Source of the DNA: Nitrospirota bacterium
GTDB lineage: Bacteria; Nitrospirota; UBA9217
Direction: 5' to 3'
DNA length: 64,000 nt
Assembly (NCBI GenBank): GCA_963754875.1
Contig: CAVWHO010000014.1
Location: forward strand, 64,001-128,000
Shown: positions 20,944 to 30,862 of the stretch, one piece after another
How positions within the stretch are numbered: position 1 is the first letter of the stretch
Layout: each line of letters starts with the position of its first letter
Notes under the pieces: model-generated
Told to the model about the DNA's origin: nothing
Seen by the model: the letters and a program-made list of their open reading frames with translations, nothing else
Database searches by the model: none
Made by a program: the position numbers and the translations under genes

Positions 20944-21764
20944 ACGAAATCAGAGACAATGTAGCCCAGATCTGTGTCGATGCAGCATACAACCTGAGCG
21001 AGGACGTGCTCACGGCCTTTGACCGCGCCGCGGAGACCGAGACGGCACCCGGGGCGAAAGAGATCATCGGGCTCCTGAAGGAGAACGCGCGCGTCGCGCG
21101 GGAAGAGCATATTCCTCTCTGCCAGGACACGGGCATTGCAATTTTTTTCGTGGAGCTGGGCCAGGACCTCAGGATCAAGAACGGTTTCATCATCGATGCC
21201 ATCAATGACGGCGTGCGCAAAGGATACAAAGAGGGATATCTCCGGAAGTCCGTCGTTGACCCGCTTACTCGAAAAAATACCGGGGATAATACGCCGGCAA
21301 TCATCTATACTGAGCTTGTGCCCGGCGATAAACTCAAGATCTCGTTCATGCCCAAGGGTGCTGGGAGCGAGAACATGAGCGTGATCCGGATGTTGAGGCC
21401 GACCGAAGGCATCGAAGGCATCAAAAACTTCGTGCTCGAATGCGTACAGAGGGCCGGCGCTAACCCTTGTCCGCCGATGGTCATCGGCGTGGGTATCGGC
21501 GGCGATTTCGAGAAGGCGGCGCTCCTCGCAAAAAAAGCGCTCTTGCGGCCGGTGGGCAGCCCGCATGCCAAGCTGGAACTGGCCTCTCTCGAAGAGACCC
21601 TTCTCAAGGCCGTGAACAAAACCGGCATCGGGCCGGAAGGGCTCGGCGGCAAGGTCACGGCATTGGCCGTTCACGTGGAAAACTTTCCCTGTCATATTGC
21701 GAGCCTGCCGGTGGCGGTCAACATCAATTGCCACGCGGCAAGGCATAAGACGATCATTCTCTAA
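20925..21764 (+). CDS. Fe-S class I fumarate hydratase, alpha subunit
   Basis: [28 protein letters not shown] and CHAARH. Confidence 0.92.
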   Translation: MREIHVDEIRDNVAQICVDAAYNLSEDVLTAFDRAAETETAPGAKEIIGLLKENARVAREEHIPLCQDTGIAIFFVELGQDLRIKNGFIIDAINDGVRKGYKEGYLRKSVVDPLTRKNTGDNTPAIIYTELVPGDKLKISFMPKGAGSENMSVIRMLRPTEGIEGIKNFVLECVQRAGANPCPPMVIGVGIGGDFEKAALLAKKALLRPVGSPHAKLELASLEETLLKAVNKTGIGPEGLGGKVTALAVHVENFPCHIASLPVAVNINCHAARHKTIIL

Positions 21765-21791
21765 ATTGCGGATTGCGGAATTCGGATTGCG
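21764..21791. repeat. Heptamer tandem array (GATTGCG)
   Basis: aattgcg-gattgcg-gaattcg-gattgcg. Confidence 0.65.
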
Positions 21792-21850
21792 GAAAAAGAC
21801 CGCCGAAACATTTTCTGTGATGATCCAAGGTTCCCGCTCAAGGGCGAAAC

Positions 21851-22432
21851 ATGAATGAGCCGATAAGAATAACCCCTCCCATGACTGAAAAAGTCGTTAC
21901 TAAGCTCAAGGCCGGCGACCGCGTTCTGATCACAGGCGTGATCTATACTGCGAGAGACATGGCGCACAAATATATCGTAGACGGCCACAACAAGGGTGAG
22001 AAACCGCCGTTTGATCTGACGGGCCAGATTCTTTACTATACCGGTCCCACTCCTGCGCCTCCGGGAAAACCTATCGGCTCCGCAGGCCCGACCACCAGTT
22101 ACCGTATGGACAAGTACACGCCGACCCTGCTTGAGCTCGGTCTGAAGGGCATGATCGGCAAAGGGCCGCGTGGACAGACAGTAAAAGACGCGATCAAACA
22201 CTACAGGGCGGTCTATTTTGCAGCCATCGGCGGCGCAGGCGCACTCATGTCCAAGGCAATCAGAAAGGCCGAGGTGATTGCCTACCCCGAACTCGGAACC
22301 GAAGCCGTTATGCGGCTCGACGTCGAGGATTTTCCCGCGGTTGTCGTGAACGACGTGTATGGCAGCGATCTCTACCAGATCGGCGTGGAAAAATACGGTG
22401 AGATCGAAGGTGCCGAGGGAGAGACCTGCTGA
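21851..22432 (+). CDS. Fe-S class I fumarate hydratase, beta subunit
   Basis: TARDMAH, GPTTSYRMD, MIGKG and ELGTEA. Confidence 0.92.
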   Translation: MNEPIRITPPMTEKVVTKLKAGDRVLITGVIYTARDMAHKYIVDGHNKGEKPPFDLTGQILYYTGPTPAPPGKPIGSAGPTTSYRMDKYTPTLLELGLKGMIGKGPRGQTVKDAIKHYRAVYFAAIGGAGALMSKAIRKAEVIAYPELGTEAVMRLDVEDFPAVVVNDVYGSDLYQIGVEKYGEIEGAEGETC

Positions 22433-22490
22433 TGCAAAAAAATGAGAAACCGCGAATCCGTGAACGATACTCAATTCTTGAGGAGAAGCA

Positions 22491-23024
22491 ATGACGATTA
22501 AATCAAAAATCAGGACCATTCCAAACTATCCCAAAAAGGGGATCATGTTCCGCGACATCACGACGCTCATCAAGGACCCCGTCGGCTTCCGGCTCGTGAT
22601 CGACACGCTGACCCAGCGATACCTGCATGCGGATTTTAAATTCGATACGATCGTCGGTATCGAGTCGCGCGGTTTCATTATCGGCTCGGTTTTGGCATAT
22701 ACGCTTGGCAAAGGGTTTATCCCCATCCGGAAGAAGGGCAAGCTCCCTGCCGAAGTAGTGTCCCAAGAGTACGAACTCGAGTACGGCACGGACAGGATCG
22801 AAATCCACAAGGATGCTTTGAAAAAAGGCGAGCGGGTCCTGCTTATCGATGACCTCCTCGCGACCGGCGGTACAGCACTGGCCGCTGCCGCACTTGTTGA
22901 AAAGCTCGGTGCAAATGTGGTGGAGATGGCGTTTATCGTCGATCTTCCGGAGGTGGGTGGAAAAAAGAAGCTGAAGGAAAAAGGGTATAAGGTCTTTGCC
23001 CTTACGGAGTTTGAGGGGGAATAG
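22491..23024 (+). CDS. apt: Adenine phosphoribosyltransferase
   Basis: FRDITTL, GIESRGF, YELEYG and IDDLLATGGT. Confidence 0.96.
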   Translation: MTIKSKIRTIPNYPKKGIMFRDITTLIKDPVGFRLVIDTLTQRYLHADFKFDTIVGIESRGFIIGSVLAYTLGKGFIPIRKKGKLPAEVVSQEYELEYGTDRIEIHKDALKKGERVLLIDDLLATGGTALAAAALVEKLGANVVEMAFIVDLPEVGGKKKLKEKGYKVFALTEFEGE

Positions 23025-23100
23025 GGTTCCCGAATGAAGCGCGGGATAAAAGAGGCGTTGTCGATCATCTAAAGGGGTGTCCCCACCAATGAAAACATCG

Positions 23101-23142
23101 AAAAATATGGCCTTCCACTTTACAGGGAGGCCATATTTTTTT
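23101..23142 (+). terminator. Intrinsic (possibly bidirectional) terminator
   Basis: aaaaatatggccttcc ... gggaggccatattttttt. Confidence 0.75.
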
Positions 23143-23404
23143 GTGGCGAAGAATTGTGATCGATACATGCAGTGCGTACTCATGTACTTGTTATAGTGGC
23201 CGCTTTATGAAATATAAGGTAAGCTGTAGTTTTTCCCGATGGTGTCTCTTCGACAGTCAAGGATGCGCTTGAGCGTTCTTTAAAAAATCTCGACAAGATA
23301 GTTGTTGTGAAGAATTCAGTTGAAATATTGCGAGTACAGCGCGATAATTTTTCATTGAAAACGTCTTTCCTGAATCACGGCGTACGTCCTGACAGGAGGT
23401 TTCC

Positions 23405-25318
23405 ATGCGCATCCTACTCGCCCTTTTCTTCATCCTGCTTTTTTCGACCTCGGCCGTGGCAGGCGGCATCCAAGCTGGGGGGCAATCGGACCGCCAGGCC
23501 CCCGATAAATCACAGATCCTTCTGAGACAGGCTCGCGCAGTCTTCGGATTGCTGCCGCAGCGGATGCCCGGCAGCGACCGAGATACGCCGGACCTGATCG
23601 CGCTTGGGAAAATGCTGTACTATGAGCCCAACCTTTCTATCAACAGGACTCAGAGCTGTAACTCTTGCCACCCGTTAGATGGAAAGCTGGCGGGCGCGGA
23701 CAACCTCGTCCATTCACCCGGCGCCCTCGGGACTATAGGCACACGGAACGCGCCTACGACGCTCAATGCCGGGTTCCAGATCTCGCAGTTCTGGGACGGC
23801 CGCGCTGACGATCTCGCGGAGCAGTCGAAGGGGCCTATCCTGAATGTGATGGAAATGGGCATGCCCCATATCGATGTCTGTCTCAAGCGGATGAAACAGT
23901 CCGATCGGATCCGGGAGGCCTTCCATGCGGCGTTTCCGGACCAGACAGAGTCTGTCACATATGACAACCTTGCCTTGTCCATCGCGGCATTCGAGCGCAC
24001 ACTCGTTTCTCGGGGACGTTTTGACCAGTTCCTTGAGGGCGATTCGGGCGCTCTCAGTGAGCGTGAAAAGGAAGGGCTCGGTATTTTCATAAACAAGGGG
24101 TGCATCCGCTGCCACAACGGACCGCTCCTCGGCGGCATGCTGTACCAGCGGGTGGGCATCTACCATGAGTACAAGAATACCTCAGATGTGGGTCGCTTTA
24201 GCGTCACGGGGAACGAGAACGACCGTTTTGTCTTCAAAGTGCCGTCGCTTCGTAATGTCACACTCACCGCGCCGTACTTCCACGACGGGGGGGTCGCGAC
24301 GCTAGCAGAAGCAATAGATGACATGGCCTGGTTCGAACTGGACGAGAAGCTTTCAAGCGCGGAGATCGACTTGATCCTCCGGTTTTTCACCTCGCTTGCC
24401 GACCTCGATCGCACCACCGCTCCCATGAAAAAGTCGAAGGAGACGGTGAGCTGGAACCCTCCGAAGATGGAAACAATCCCTGCGGGTGCGCGGGGTGATC
24501 TAATCAGGTACGGGCATCAGCTCGTGAGCAGGTCGCAGGCGCTTCTTGGCAGCCGGGCAAAATCGCCGGCCATGGTCTATCTGCATAGCACGCTTGCGTG
24601 CGTCAACTGCCACCAGGAGGACGGCACCAAGATATACGGCATTCCCTGGATGGGAGTGACCCTTCGTTACCCGCAGTATAGCTCTCGGTCGAACTTGGAG
24701 GTGACACTTGAGGACCGCGTCAATGACTGCATGGAACGGAGCATGAACGGCCGTGCCCTTCCCAAGGATAGCCATGAGATGCGGGCCATTATCGCATACC
24801 TATCCTGGCTCGGCACTGACCTGCCTGGGGAACTTGCGGGCCTGCTCAAGGTAAGCTTGTCCGTTCCGGACCGCCGTGCGAATCTGGATAAAGGTGCAGG
24901 GATTTACCGCGAATTCTGCCAGGCCTGTCATGGAGCGGATGGGTCAGGCTACCAGGCCCGATCAGCTTTGGACGAGGGAATCTTCGTCACGCCGCCGATT
25001 GCCGGCCCAAACAGCTTCAATACCGGAGCAGGCATGCACCGGCTTCTTCTGGCCGCGGCTTTTGTGAGGGGCAATATGCCGCTCGGCACGCCTTGGGACC
25101 GGCCTGTGCTGACCGATGATGAGGCATACGACGTCGCGGCGTATATCAATTCCCTGGACCGACCCGATATGCCAGGCACAGATAAGGACTGGCTTGATTT
25201 ATCTAAAAAACCCGTAGATTGCCCGTATCCGCCCTATGCCGACGGCTTCAGCCTCGAGCAGCATAGATACGGGCCTTTTAAACAGATAAGCGAAGCAAAG
25301 AAAAAGAAAGGCAAATGA
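23405..25318 (+). CDS. Tetraheme fusion: diheme cytochrome c peroxidase domain plus TsdA-like thiosulfate dehydrogenase domain
   Basis: Signal peptide; CNSCH, RNAPT, QFWDGRA, CIRCH and FKVPSLRNV..TAPYFHDG; then CVNCH, RVNDCMERSMNG, CQACH, SFNTGAGM and NMPLG. Confidence 0.88.
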   Translation: MRILLALFFILLFSTSAVAGGIQAGGQSDRQAPDKSQILLRQARAVFGLLPQRMPGSDRDTPDLIALGKMLYYEPNLSINRTQSCNSCHPLDGKLAGADNLVHSPGALGTIGTRNAPTTLNAGFQISQFWDGRADDLAEQSKGPILNVMEMGMPHIDVCLKRMKQSDRIREAFHAAFPDQTESVTYDNLALSIAAFERTLVSRGRFDQFLEGDSGALSEREKEGLGIFINKGCIRCHNGPLLGGMLYQRVGIYHEYKNTSDVGRFSVTGNENDRFVFKVPSLRNVTLTAPYFHDGGVATLAEAIDDMAWFELDEKLSSAEIDLILRFFTSLADLDRTTAPMKKSKETVSWNPPKMETIPAGARGDLIRYGHQLVSRSQALLGSRAKSPAMVYLHSTLACVNCHQEDGTKIYGIPWMGVTLRYPQYSSRSNLEVTLEDRVNDCMERSMNGRALPKDSHEMRAIIAYLSWLGTDLPGELAGLLKVSLSVPDRRANLDKGAGIYREFCQACHGADGSGYQARSALDEGIFVTPPIAGPNSFNTGAGMHRLLLAAAFVRGNMPLGTPWDRPVLTDDEAYDVAAYINSLDRPDMPGTDKDWLDLSKKPVDCPYPPYADGFSLEQHRYGPFKQISEAKKKKGK

Positions 25319-25457
25319 TCGGAGACAGTCGATGACCGGTCATCCCCGCCGGTCTGCCGCTGGAACCTATAGTAGACACCAATAACGAATTCAGGTGCCT
25401 TCCTGCAATTCTGAGCCGAACATGCCGCGTTGGGAAAGAATTTAAGGTTTAAAACTG

Positions 25458-25503
25458 ATTGAAAAGCCTGGAGGATGCATTCCTCCAGGCTTTTCAATTT
25501 TTT
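25458..25503 (+). terminator. Intrinsic terminator
   Basis: attgaaaagcctggagga-tgcat-tcctccaggcttttcaat followed by a T run. Confidence 0.8.
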
Positions 25504-25582
25504 ATCTGTGCAGCCAATAATACTGAATCCGTTTCGTGCTGCTCGCTCACGCATGCCCTGCATTGTGCCCATTTTTTTTGTT

Positions 25583-25640
25583 ATACCCTAAAAATACCCC
25601 ATTTATTTTCTTGACAAATGACCAAGGGGGGAAATATAAT
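25583..25640 (+). promoter_or_regulatory. 20-bp operator (copy 1) plus sigma-70 promoter
   Basis: ATACCCTAAAAATACCCCAT (25583-25602), 8 nt, TTGACA, 18 nt, TATAAT. Confidence 0.75.
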
Positions 25641-25765
25641 GATTTACCATAAGTTTTATTTTAGACATGTAATATTGGTAAGTTATCGTATCAGCCATGC
25701 TCCTACTCCAGATCAGGAATCGTAATCACGAGGATAATGATGTCTCAATTAAGAAAGGGGAAAGA

Positions 25766-26110
25766 ATGAGAATTAAATTTATGCTACTTGCAGTCATGGT
25801 AACAGGAGTTCTAATCGGTTGCAGTTCAACAACGAAATTCACGAGAGACCTGCTTATAACATCAGAGCCGGCAGGGGCAGTAGTTTATATGGACGGTGAC
25901 AAAATTGGGGAGACGCCATTGAAAATCCAGACCTTCTTTACGTGGAACAAGGATGCACCCTATGATTCCTTGTTGCGAAGGGTTATCCAGGTCAAAAAGG
26001 ATGGTTATGTGCCCCAGATCCGCGACCTCTATCCGATTGATATGCCAAATATTACGTTTTTCCTGAGCCCAGATAAAGCTCAAGGCAATGAAAAAGGCGG
26101 GATAAAATGA
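25766..26110 (+). CDS. PEGA-domain lipoprotein
   Basis: Lipobox LIGC; ITSEPAGAVVYMDGDKIGETP...KKDGY. Confidence 0.82.
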   Translation: MRIKFMLLAVMVTGVLIGCSSTTKFTRDLLITSEPAGAVVYMDGDKIGETPLKIQTFFTWNKDAPYDSLLRRVIQVKKDGYVPQIRDLYPIDMPNITFFLSPDKAQGNEKGGIK

Positions 26111-26490
26111 AGAATATTTTCAGTGGCATCCTCTTCTGTTTTATTTTTTTGGCCGGCTGCGCCGCCACTTCGACCTTCACCGTAAAAACAAACCCCGCGG
26201 GCGCTGATATTTATGTCGATGGGGAACGCATCGGGCAGACGCCCGCAACTATAAAGGTGAAGTTTTCTGAAAATGCGCAAATGGTCACTGAAAAAAAGAT
26301 ACTTGCTGTGAAACTGCGCGGGTACCGGGAAAAGAAGGAAGTAATTTCCCCGGAAGACATAACGCAAAAGACGCTGGAATTCGCGCTTGTGCCTGAGTTG
26401 AATGAAAAATCGGCTGCCCCGGTTGTCAGCAAAGCGACGGCGACAACGACAGCGCAAACATCGCAGGAAACCAAACCAGTGCGGCGTTAG
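26107..26490 (+). CDS. PEGA-domain lipoprotein (paralogue)
   Basis: Lipobox LAGC; VKTNPAGADIYVDGERIGQTP...KLRGY; overlaps the upstream stop. Confidence 0.82.
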   Translation: MKNIFSGILFCFIFLAGCAATSTFTVKTNPAGADIYVDGERIGQTPATIKVKFSENAQMVTEKKILAVKLRGYREKKEVISPEDITQKTLEFALVPELNEKSAAPVVSKATATTTAQTSQETKPVRR

Positions 26491-26896
26491 TGAGCTCTGG
26501 GACTACAACACAAAGGCAGGAGATTAACCTATTGAGCGGTTCCAGCAATGAGATCATGACGACGACAGGTCAGGAATCATCCTGCCCTGTCGTCGAGGCA
26601 ACTGCCCCGGTTCAGGGCTGAGAAGTTGAACCGAGTGGCAGGTCTCTTGCGGAAACTTGAGAACCACGTCTGTGGATGTTGGCAATATTGCAGGCAAAAT
26701 TTTTTGGAAATAAATAAAGGAACAGCCTTTTCCCCCTTCTCCGGTAAGCACGGAGTAAGCACGTCGTCCGGTGTTTATTCGACTCAATAGTGTTCTGCTT
26801 CTTTAAAATTGCAGAACATCACTTGGAAAGTTCAATGCCTGTGGAGCAGTATCTATCAGTTTGCAACGAGCATATTACAATGCATGGGAGATAGCT

Positions 26897-27115
26897 ATGG
26901 ACTATAAAGATAGCCATACAGATATAATTATAACTGCCGATTATAGCCGCTCTGCTCTTTGGCTGCTTTTCCTCTTCTCTATTTTTTTTGTATTTGCAGG
27001 ACTATGGATCGTATTAGATGCAGCGAGCTCATATGATATGCTGATGGGTGGTTTGTCAGCCTTCTGTTTCGGTGCGGCTTCTATTGCATTGGGGATCAAG
27101 TTAAAGACTAAGTAG
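26897..27115 (+). CDS. Small two-TM membrane protein, possibly a gene fragment
   Basis: GGAG RBS and two hydrophobic segments in AT-rich DNA. Confidence 0.45.
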   Translation: MDYKDSHTDIIITADYSRSALWLLFLFSIFFVFAGLWIVLDAASSYDMLMGGLSAFCFGAASIALGIKLKTK

Positions 27116-27248
27116 GTACTGATAGTTGGATAATGAGCCTGATTTGGCTGGGCTGAAAAATAACTGTTATAACTTGTGGCGTGATGTACCTGAACCAGGT
27201 GCAATTGTCATTCTTTTAAACTTATCAGGTTACATCTATATTAATCGC

Positions 27249-27304
27249 ATACCCTAAAAATACTCCATCACATTGCTTGACAAAAAGTAACACTTTCTTA
27301 TAAT
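27249..27304 (+). promoter_or_regulatory. 20-bp operator (copy 2) plus sigma-70 promoter
   Basis: ATACCCTAAAAATACTCCAT (27249-27268), 8 nt, TTGACA, 16 nt, TATAAT. Confidence 0.75.
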
Positions 27305-27378
27305 CAAAACATCCATCTATTGAAATGCACCATATAAGCAAGATATGTAGCGATCTAAACATTACGAGGAGTCAATTC

Positions 27379-28230
27379 ATGCAGAGATTGCTGAGCGCAA
27401 CAGTGGTAGTTCTATTATCGGCGGCATTACTGGCTGCCTGCAGCAGCGGCGGGTCCGGATCCGGTACAGTCAAAACAAGCACCGCCGATGTAAGCCTTAG
27501 CGGTATCACCTCAGTGGACTACCAGCCCGGCAGCGCAATACAGACATCCTTGAGCACGACCGCCAGCACTACGGTGCTCGATTTTTATTTTCCGCCGGAC
27601 ACAGCCGGTCAAGCGGGAGTGATCACGATTTCCGCAATTCCTGAGAGCGATCTACCCGCGGGACTGCACAGCAGCAAACTCAGATTTCAGGCCGATCCAG
27701 CCAACGTTTTCATTTATGCATTCTCCCTGGCATCGCAGGACGGCAATATAACGAGTTTCAATGCCCCCGTCACACTGAGCGGGACGCTATCGACGTCCGT
27801 TCCAGCGGGTACCACGCTGAACCTAGCATCTTTCACCAGCAACACATGGGTGGAGGTAGCGACACTCAATGTAGGAGCAAACGGCTCCCTCATTCAGAAT
27901 CTTACCTCGACGGCTTTGCCGGGCATTGTGACCCTGGGAACCTATGTATTATATCAGCCTGCCTATCCCTGGGTCGGGACCTGGGTTGGGTCGGACGTCT
28001 CAACGTGCGGCTTCTACTCGGGACCGATCACCATGACGATTACTTCGCCAGGCGGAAACGCCTTGAACCTCTCATATGTCGGAACCGGCATCACAGGCGC
28101 CTATCCCCTGACCTACTCCGGGAACACGGCCACTGATGCGGCTGGAACTGTTACGTACACTCTAAACGGCAATTCGATGACCGCTTCGGAACCGAATTCC
28201 TGTCAGACCGGGACGTTTACCAGACAATAA
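27379..28230 (+). CDS. Ser/Thr/Gly-rich surface lipoprotein, hypothetical
   Basis: GAGGAG RBS, lipobox LAAC followed by SSGGSG, beta-rich composition, C-terminal Cys pair. Confidence 0.75.
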   Translation: MQRLLSATVVVLLSAALLAACSSGGSGSGTVKTSTADVSLSGITSVDYQPGSAIQTSLSTTASTTVLDFYFPPDTAGQAGVITISAIPESDLPAGLHSSKLRFQADPANVFIYAFSLASQDGNITSFNAPVTLSGTLSTSVPAGTTLNLASFTSNTWVEVATLNVGANGSLIQNLTSTALPGIVTLGTYVLYQPAYPWVGTWVGSDVSTCGFYSGPITMTITSPGGNALNLSYVGTGITGAYPLTYSGNTATDAAGTVTYTLNGNSMTASEPNSCQTGTFTRQ

Positions 28231-28342
28231 TCATATTTCGTTCAATCCCAGGCTACCCGGCTTGATCAATGTCGGCGATCAAAGTCGCGGCTCGAAGAGA
28301 GCGACAATCGTTCCGCCTTAGGTACCGCAGAATTTTGCGTTC

Positions 28343-29362
28343 TTATCCTATCCGGTCGGCGCAGGCAAGGAATGTCTTCGCGTTCATTACCGGCGTCTCA
28401 AGAGGCAGATCGCAGGAAGGCATGAGGATGAATTTCCGGAAAGGATAGGCAATTCCGGAAACGCATTCGGAAACAGCCTGGCACACCATGGCGGGGTCAC
28501 CGCCGAACACGGTTTTGATCACGTCCACGTTTCCGGCAAGAACAACCTTTTCACGATAGAGCTCGTACACCTCGCCGAGGCGAACGCCCGCGTCCAGGGA
28601 TATGCAATCAGCACCGGTATCAGGATAGAGGGCCAACTGGGAGCGAATATTGCCGCATTGGTGAAAGAAGCGTGCAACGCCGCACCCCTTGACCTCATCG
28701 AAGAGTTTCCGCTCACAGGGGAGAACCACGTCTTGGTACAGATCAAGGGGGATCAGCGTGGCCGCCCCGTCGGAAATGACGACGCCATCGATCAAGCCTT
28801 GCTCGATGAGCGGACGGAAAAATGCCGAAGAGAGTCGGACGCCAAGCTCGCACGCCTCCCGGATGAACTCCCTGTCCGTCATCGTTTTTTCCTGAAGGAG
28901 GTTCCAGTCGCACAGGATCATTGCCCAGGTAAACGGGCCCCAGGAAGTGGCGCAGAGAAAGCGGTCAGGAAGACGCGCTCTCAAACGGGCAATCATCTCC
29001 ACCAGCGCAAGAGAACGGGGGGAGTCCGCGATATTCACGATTTCAAGATAACGCGCGTCTTCTGTTTGTTGGATCAGGGGTGTCGAGAGGAGCGGGGCCT
29101 GTTCCTCTCGAAAGGCGAGCTCTCCTCCGATTGCCTCCGCGGGAAAGGTGTTCAGGCCTGAACCAACGAATACAATGTCGGTGTCAAGTCCGGCAAAAAA
29201 TTCGGCAAGGCTCTCGGCAAATCCGGCAGGATCACTGTCCAGTTTTTCGGTCCTGAGTCCCGTCTGATGGTATGCCCAGCGGCCTCCGCCAAATAGGGCG
29301 CGCGGCAGGCGTTCGCTGCGCTCCCCCTGCAAAACCCGCTTTATGATTTCCCGCCTGTCCAT
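28343..29362 (-). CDS. Uroporphyrinogen-decarboxylase superfamily protein (MtaA/CmuA-like)
   Basis: GPFT, HQCG, LAGNVD and LMPSCD, giving HxC...C zinc ligands. Confidence 0.78.
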   Translation of the reverse strand: MDRREIIKRVLQGERSERLPRALFGGGRWAYHQTGLRTEKLDSDPAGFAESLAEFFAGLDTDIVFVGSGLNTFPAEAIGGELAFREEQAPLLSTPLIQQTEDARYLEIVNIADSPRSLALVEMIARLRARLPDRFLCATSWGPFTWAMILCDWNLLQEKTMTDREFIREACELGVRLSSAFFRPLIEQGLIDGVVISDGAATLIPLDLYQDVVLPCERKLFDEVKGCGVARFFHQCGNIRSQLALYPDTGADCISLDAGVRLGEVYELYREKVVLAGNVDVIKTVFGGDPAMVCQAVSECVSGIAYPFRKFILMPSCDLPLETPVMNAKTFLACADRIG

Positions 29363-29408
29363 CGAAATTTAATGTGACCTTGCTTCGGAATACGCGTCCG
29401 CGATCGTT

Positions 29409-29996
29409 CTAATGAAAAAAAGGTATCCTGAACAATAACAGATAACCATTCAGCATCGTAATGAAGCCGAGTGAAGCGGAACCCATTGCAAAATAGAAGA
29501 CCGGTCGCGATACTGCGAGGATGGAGATCGATGCAAGGACAATGGATATCTGCAATAAAACTTCGGCGTAGTCGAAGTAGGGATCCTTGACGAGGTTTTT
29601 GTCCCGATGGCGTTCAAGATTTTTGGCTTCCGTCTCGATTTCTTTTTTCTCATCCCGGTACCGTGCTTCTTCCGCCCGCAACTCGCTGATCAGGGACTGG
29701 TACTGCTTTTTTGCAGCAGGCTTCATGGTTGCGCCGCGTTCCAGAAGATCCAATTCCAGCCGCAAACTGCTCGTTCTGTAGAGATGCTCCCGAAAAACCT
29801 TGGACTGGTAAAAGGCCCATTGATCGGAAGCCTGCTGCTGCGAGAGCAGCATTTCCTTCATGGCATTGTTTCCGCCGAGTGAAGTAATGGCGAGCAGCAC
29901 CGCGAAGATCGCCGTGGTAAGGGCGACCTTGCGGGTAAAGCCTTTTGTGCGGATCTCTTCAAGCTCCTCGGGATTGGGAAGTTCCATTTCCGCCAT
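29409..29996 (-). CDS. DUF4337-like membrane protein
   Basis: VALTTAIFAVLLAI, ASDQWAFYQSK and AEVLLQISIVLASI. Confidence 0.75.
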   Translation of the reverse strand: MAEMELPNPEELEEIRTKGFTRKVALTTAIFAVLLAITSLGGNNAMKEMLLSQQQASDQWAFYQSKVFREHLYRTSSLRLELDLLERGATMKPAAKKQYQSLISELRAEEARYRDEKKEIETEAKNLERHRDKNLVKDPYFDYAEVLLQISIVLASISILAVSRPVFYFAMGSASLGFITMLNGYLLLFRIPFFH

Positions 29997-30277
29997 ACAG
30001 CCATCCTCCTTCATTGATTACTTGGTGGTTCATCATTCCCTTACAAATGGAGATCATGCATGAGCGGGCAAAGACGGAACGGCATCCGTTCAGGTGCTCA
30101 GGCTGGCACGCGTTCAACTATCATACCCAAGGGAACCCTCATAATGACACGTTCTGGCATCCGAACGGTATCATGTATAATTTATAAAATCAAGCGTTGA
30201 TGCGTCGTGATGACGCAATCCAAATGCCGTGTTGTTTTCGTTCATGTGTGAATTTGCTGGTAGTAAGCGCTAAAATT

Positions 30278-30310
30278 ATACTTGACAGAATTGGTCAAGT
30301 TTGTTATCGT
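30278..30310 (+). promoter_or_regulatory. IscR/Rrf2 type-1 operator overlapping the -35 of the Fe-S operon promoter
   Basis: ATACTTGACAGAATTGGTCAAGTTT matches ATASYYGACTRWWWYAGTCRRSTAT at 22 of 25 positions; TTGACA-17 nt-TATCGT with an extended TG. Confidence 0.75.
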
Positions 30311-30382
30311 TATGGTAACGATTGACGGGAGTTAAAGAGTCCTGTTTATGTGAGTCGCGGGGCCTCAGGGCCGGATGAAAGA

Positions 30383-30862
30383 ATGAAGCTCTCTACAAAA
30401 GGGAAATACGGTGTGCGGGCGGTTTTTGAAATCGCCCGGCACTATGGCAATGGGCCGATTACCATCAAGGAGATCGCGGACCGTCAGGGGATTTCTTTTT
30501 CCTACTTGGAGCAGATATTGCACAGACTGGGGAAAGCCGGTGTTATCGACAGCGTCCGGGGGCCCGCAGGCGGATACCTGCTGGCGCGCAAGCCGGCTGA
30601 GCTGACCATCGGAGACATCGTCCGCACTCTGGAAGGGCCCATCGCCCTGTCCCATTGCCTGGAGCCTGGTGAGACCGGTGAATGCAACCAGACTGAGGAT
30701 TGCGTTGCACGGATGGTTTGGGCAAAAGTCGGGGCTAAAATAGAAGAGGCCCTTGACAGCATCAGCTTTAGCGATCTCCTGCATCAGCAGCATGACCAGA
30801 AAGCTCCTGTTCTGCTGAGACCCAGGAAAAAGGCAACCTTGACGGGAAAGGGGGCATGTTAA
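30383..30862 (+). CDS. iscR: Rrf2-family regulator (IscR-like, three Cys)
   Basis: MKLSTKGKYG, SYLEQ, SVRGPAGGY, C-x9-C-x5-C; heads the nifS-nifU operon. Confidence 0.85.
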   Translation: MKLSTKGKYGVRAVFEIARHYGNGPITIKEIADRQGISFSYLEQILHRLGKAGVIDSVRGPAGGYLLARKPAELTIGDIVRTLEGPIALSHCLEPGETGECNQTEDCVARMVWAKVGAKIEEALDSISFSDLLHQQHDQKAPVLLRPRKKATLTGKGAC

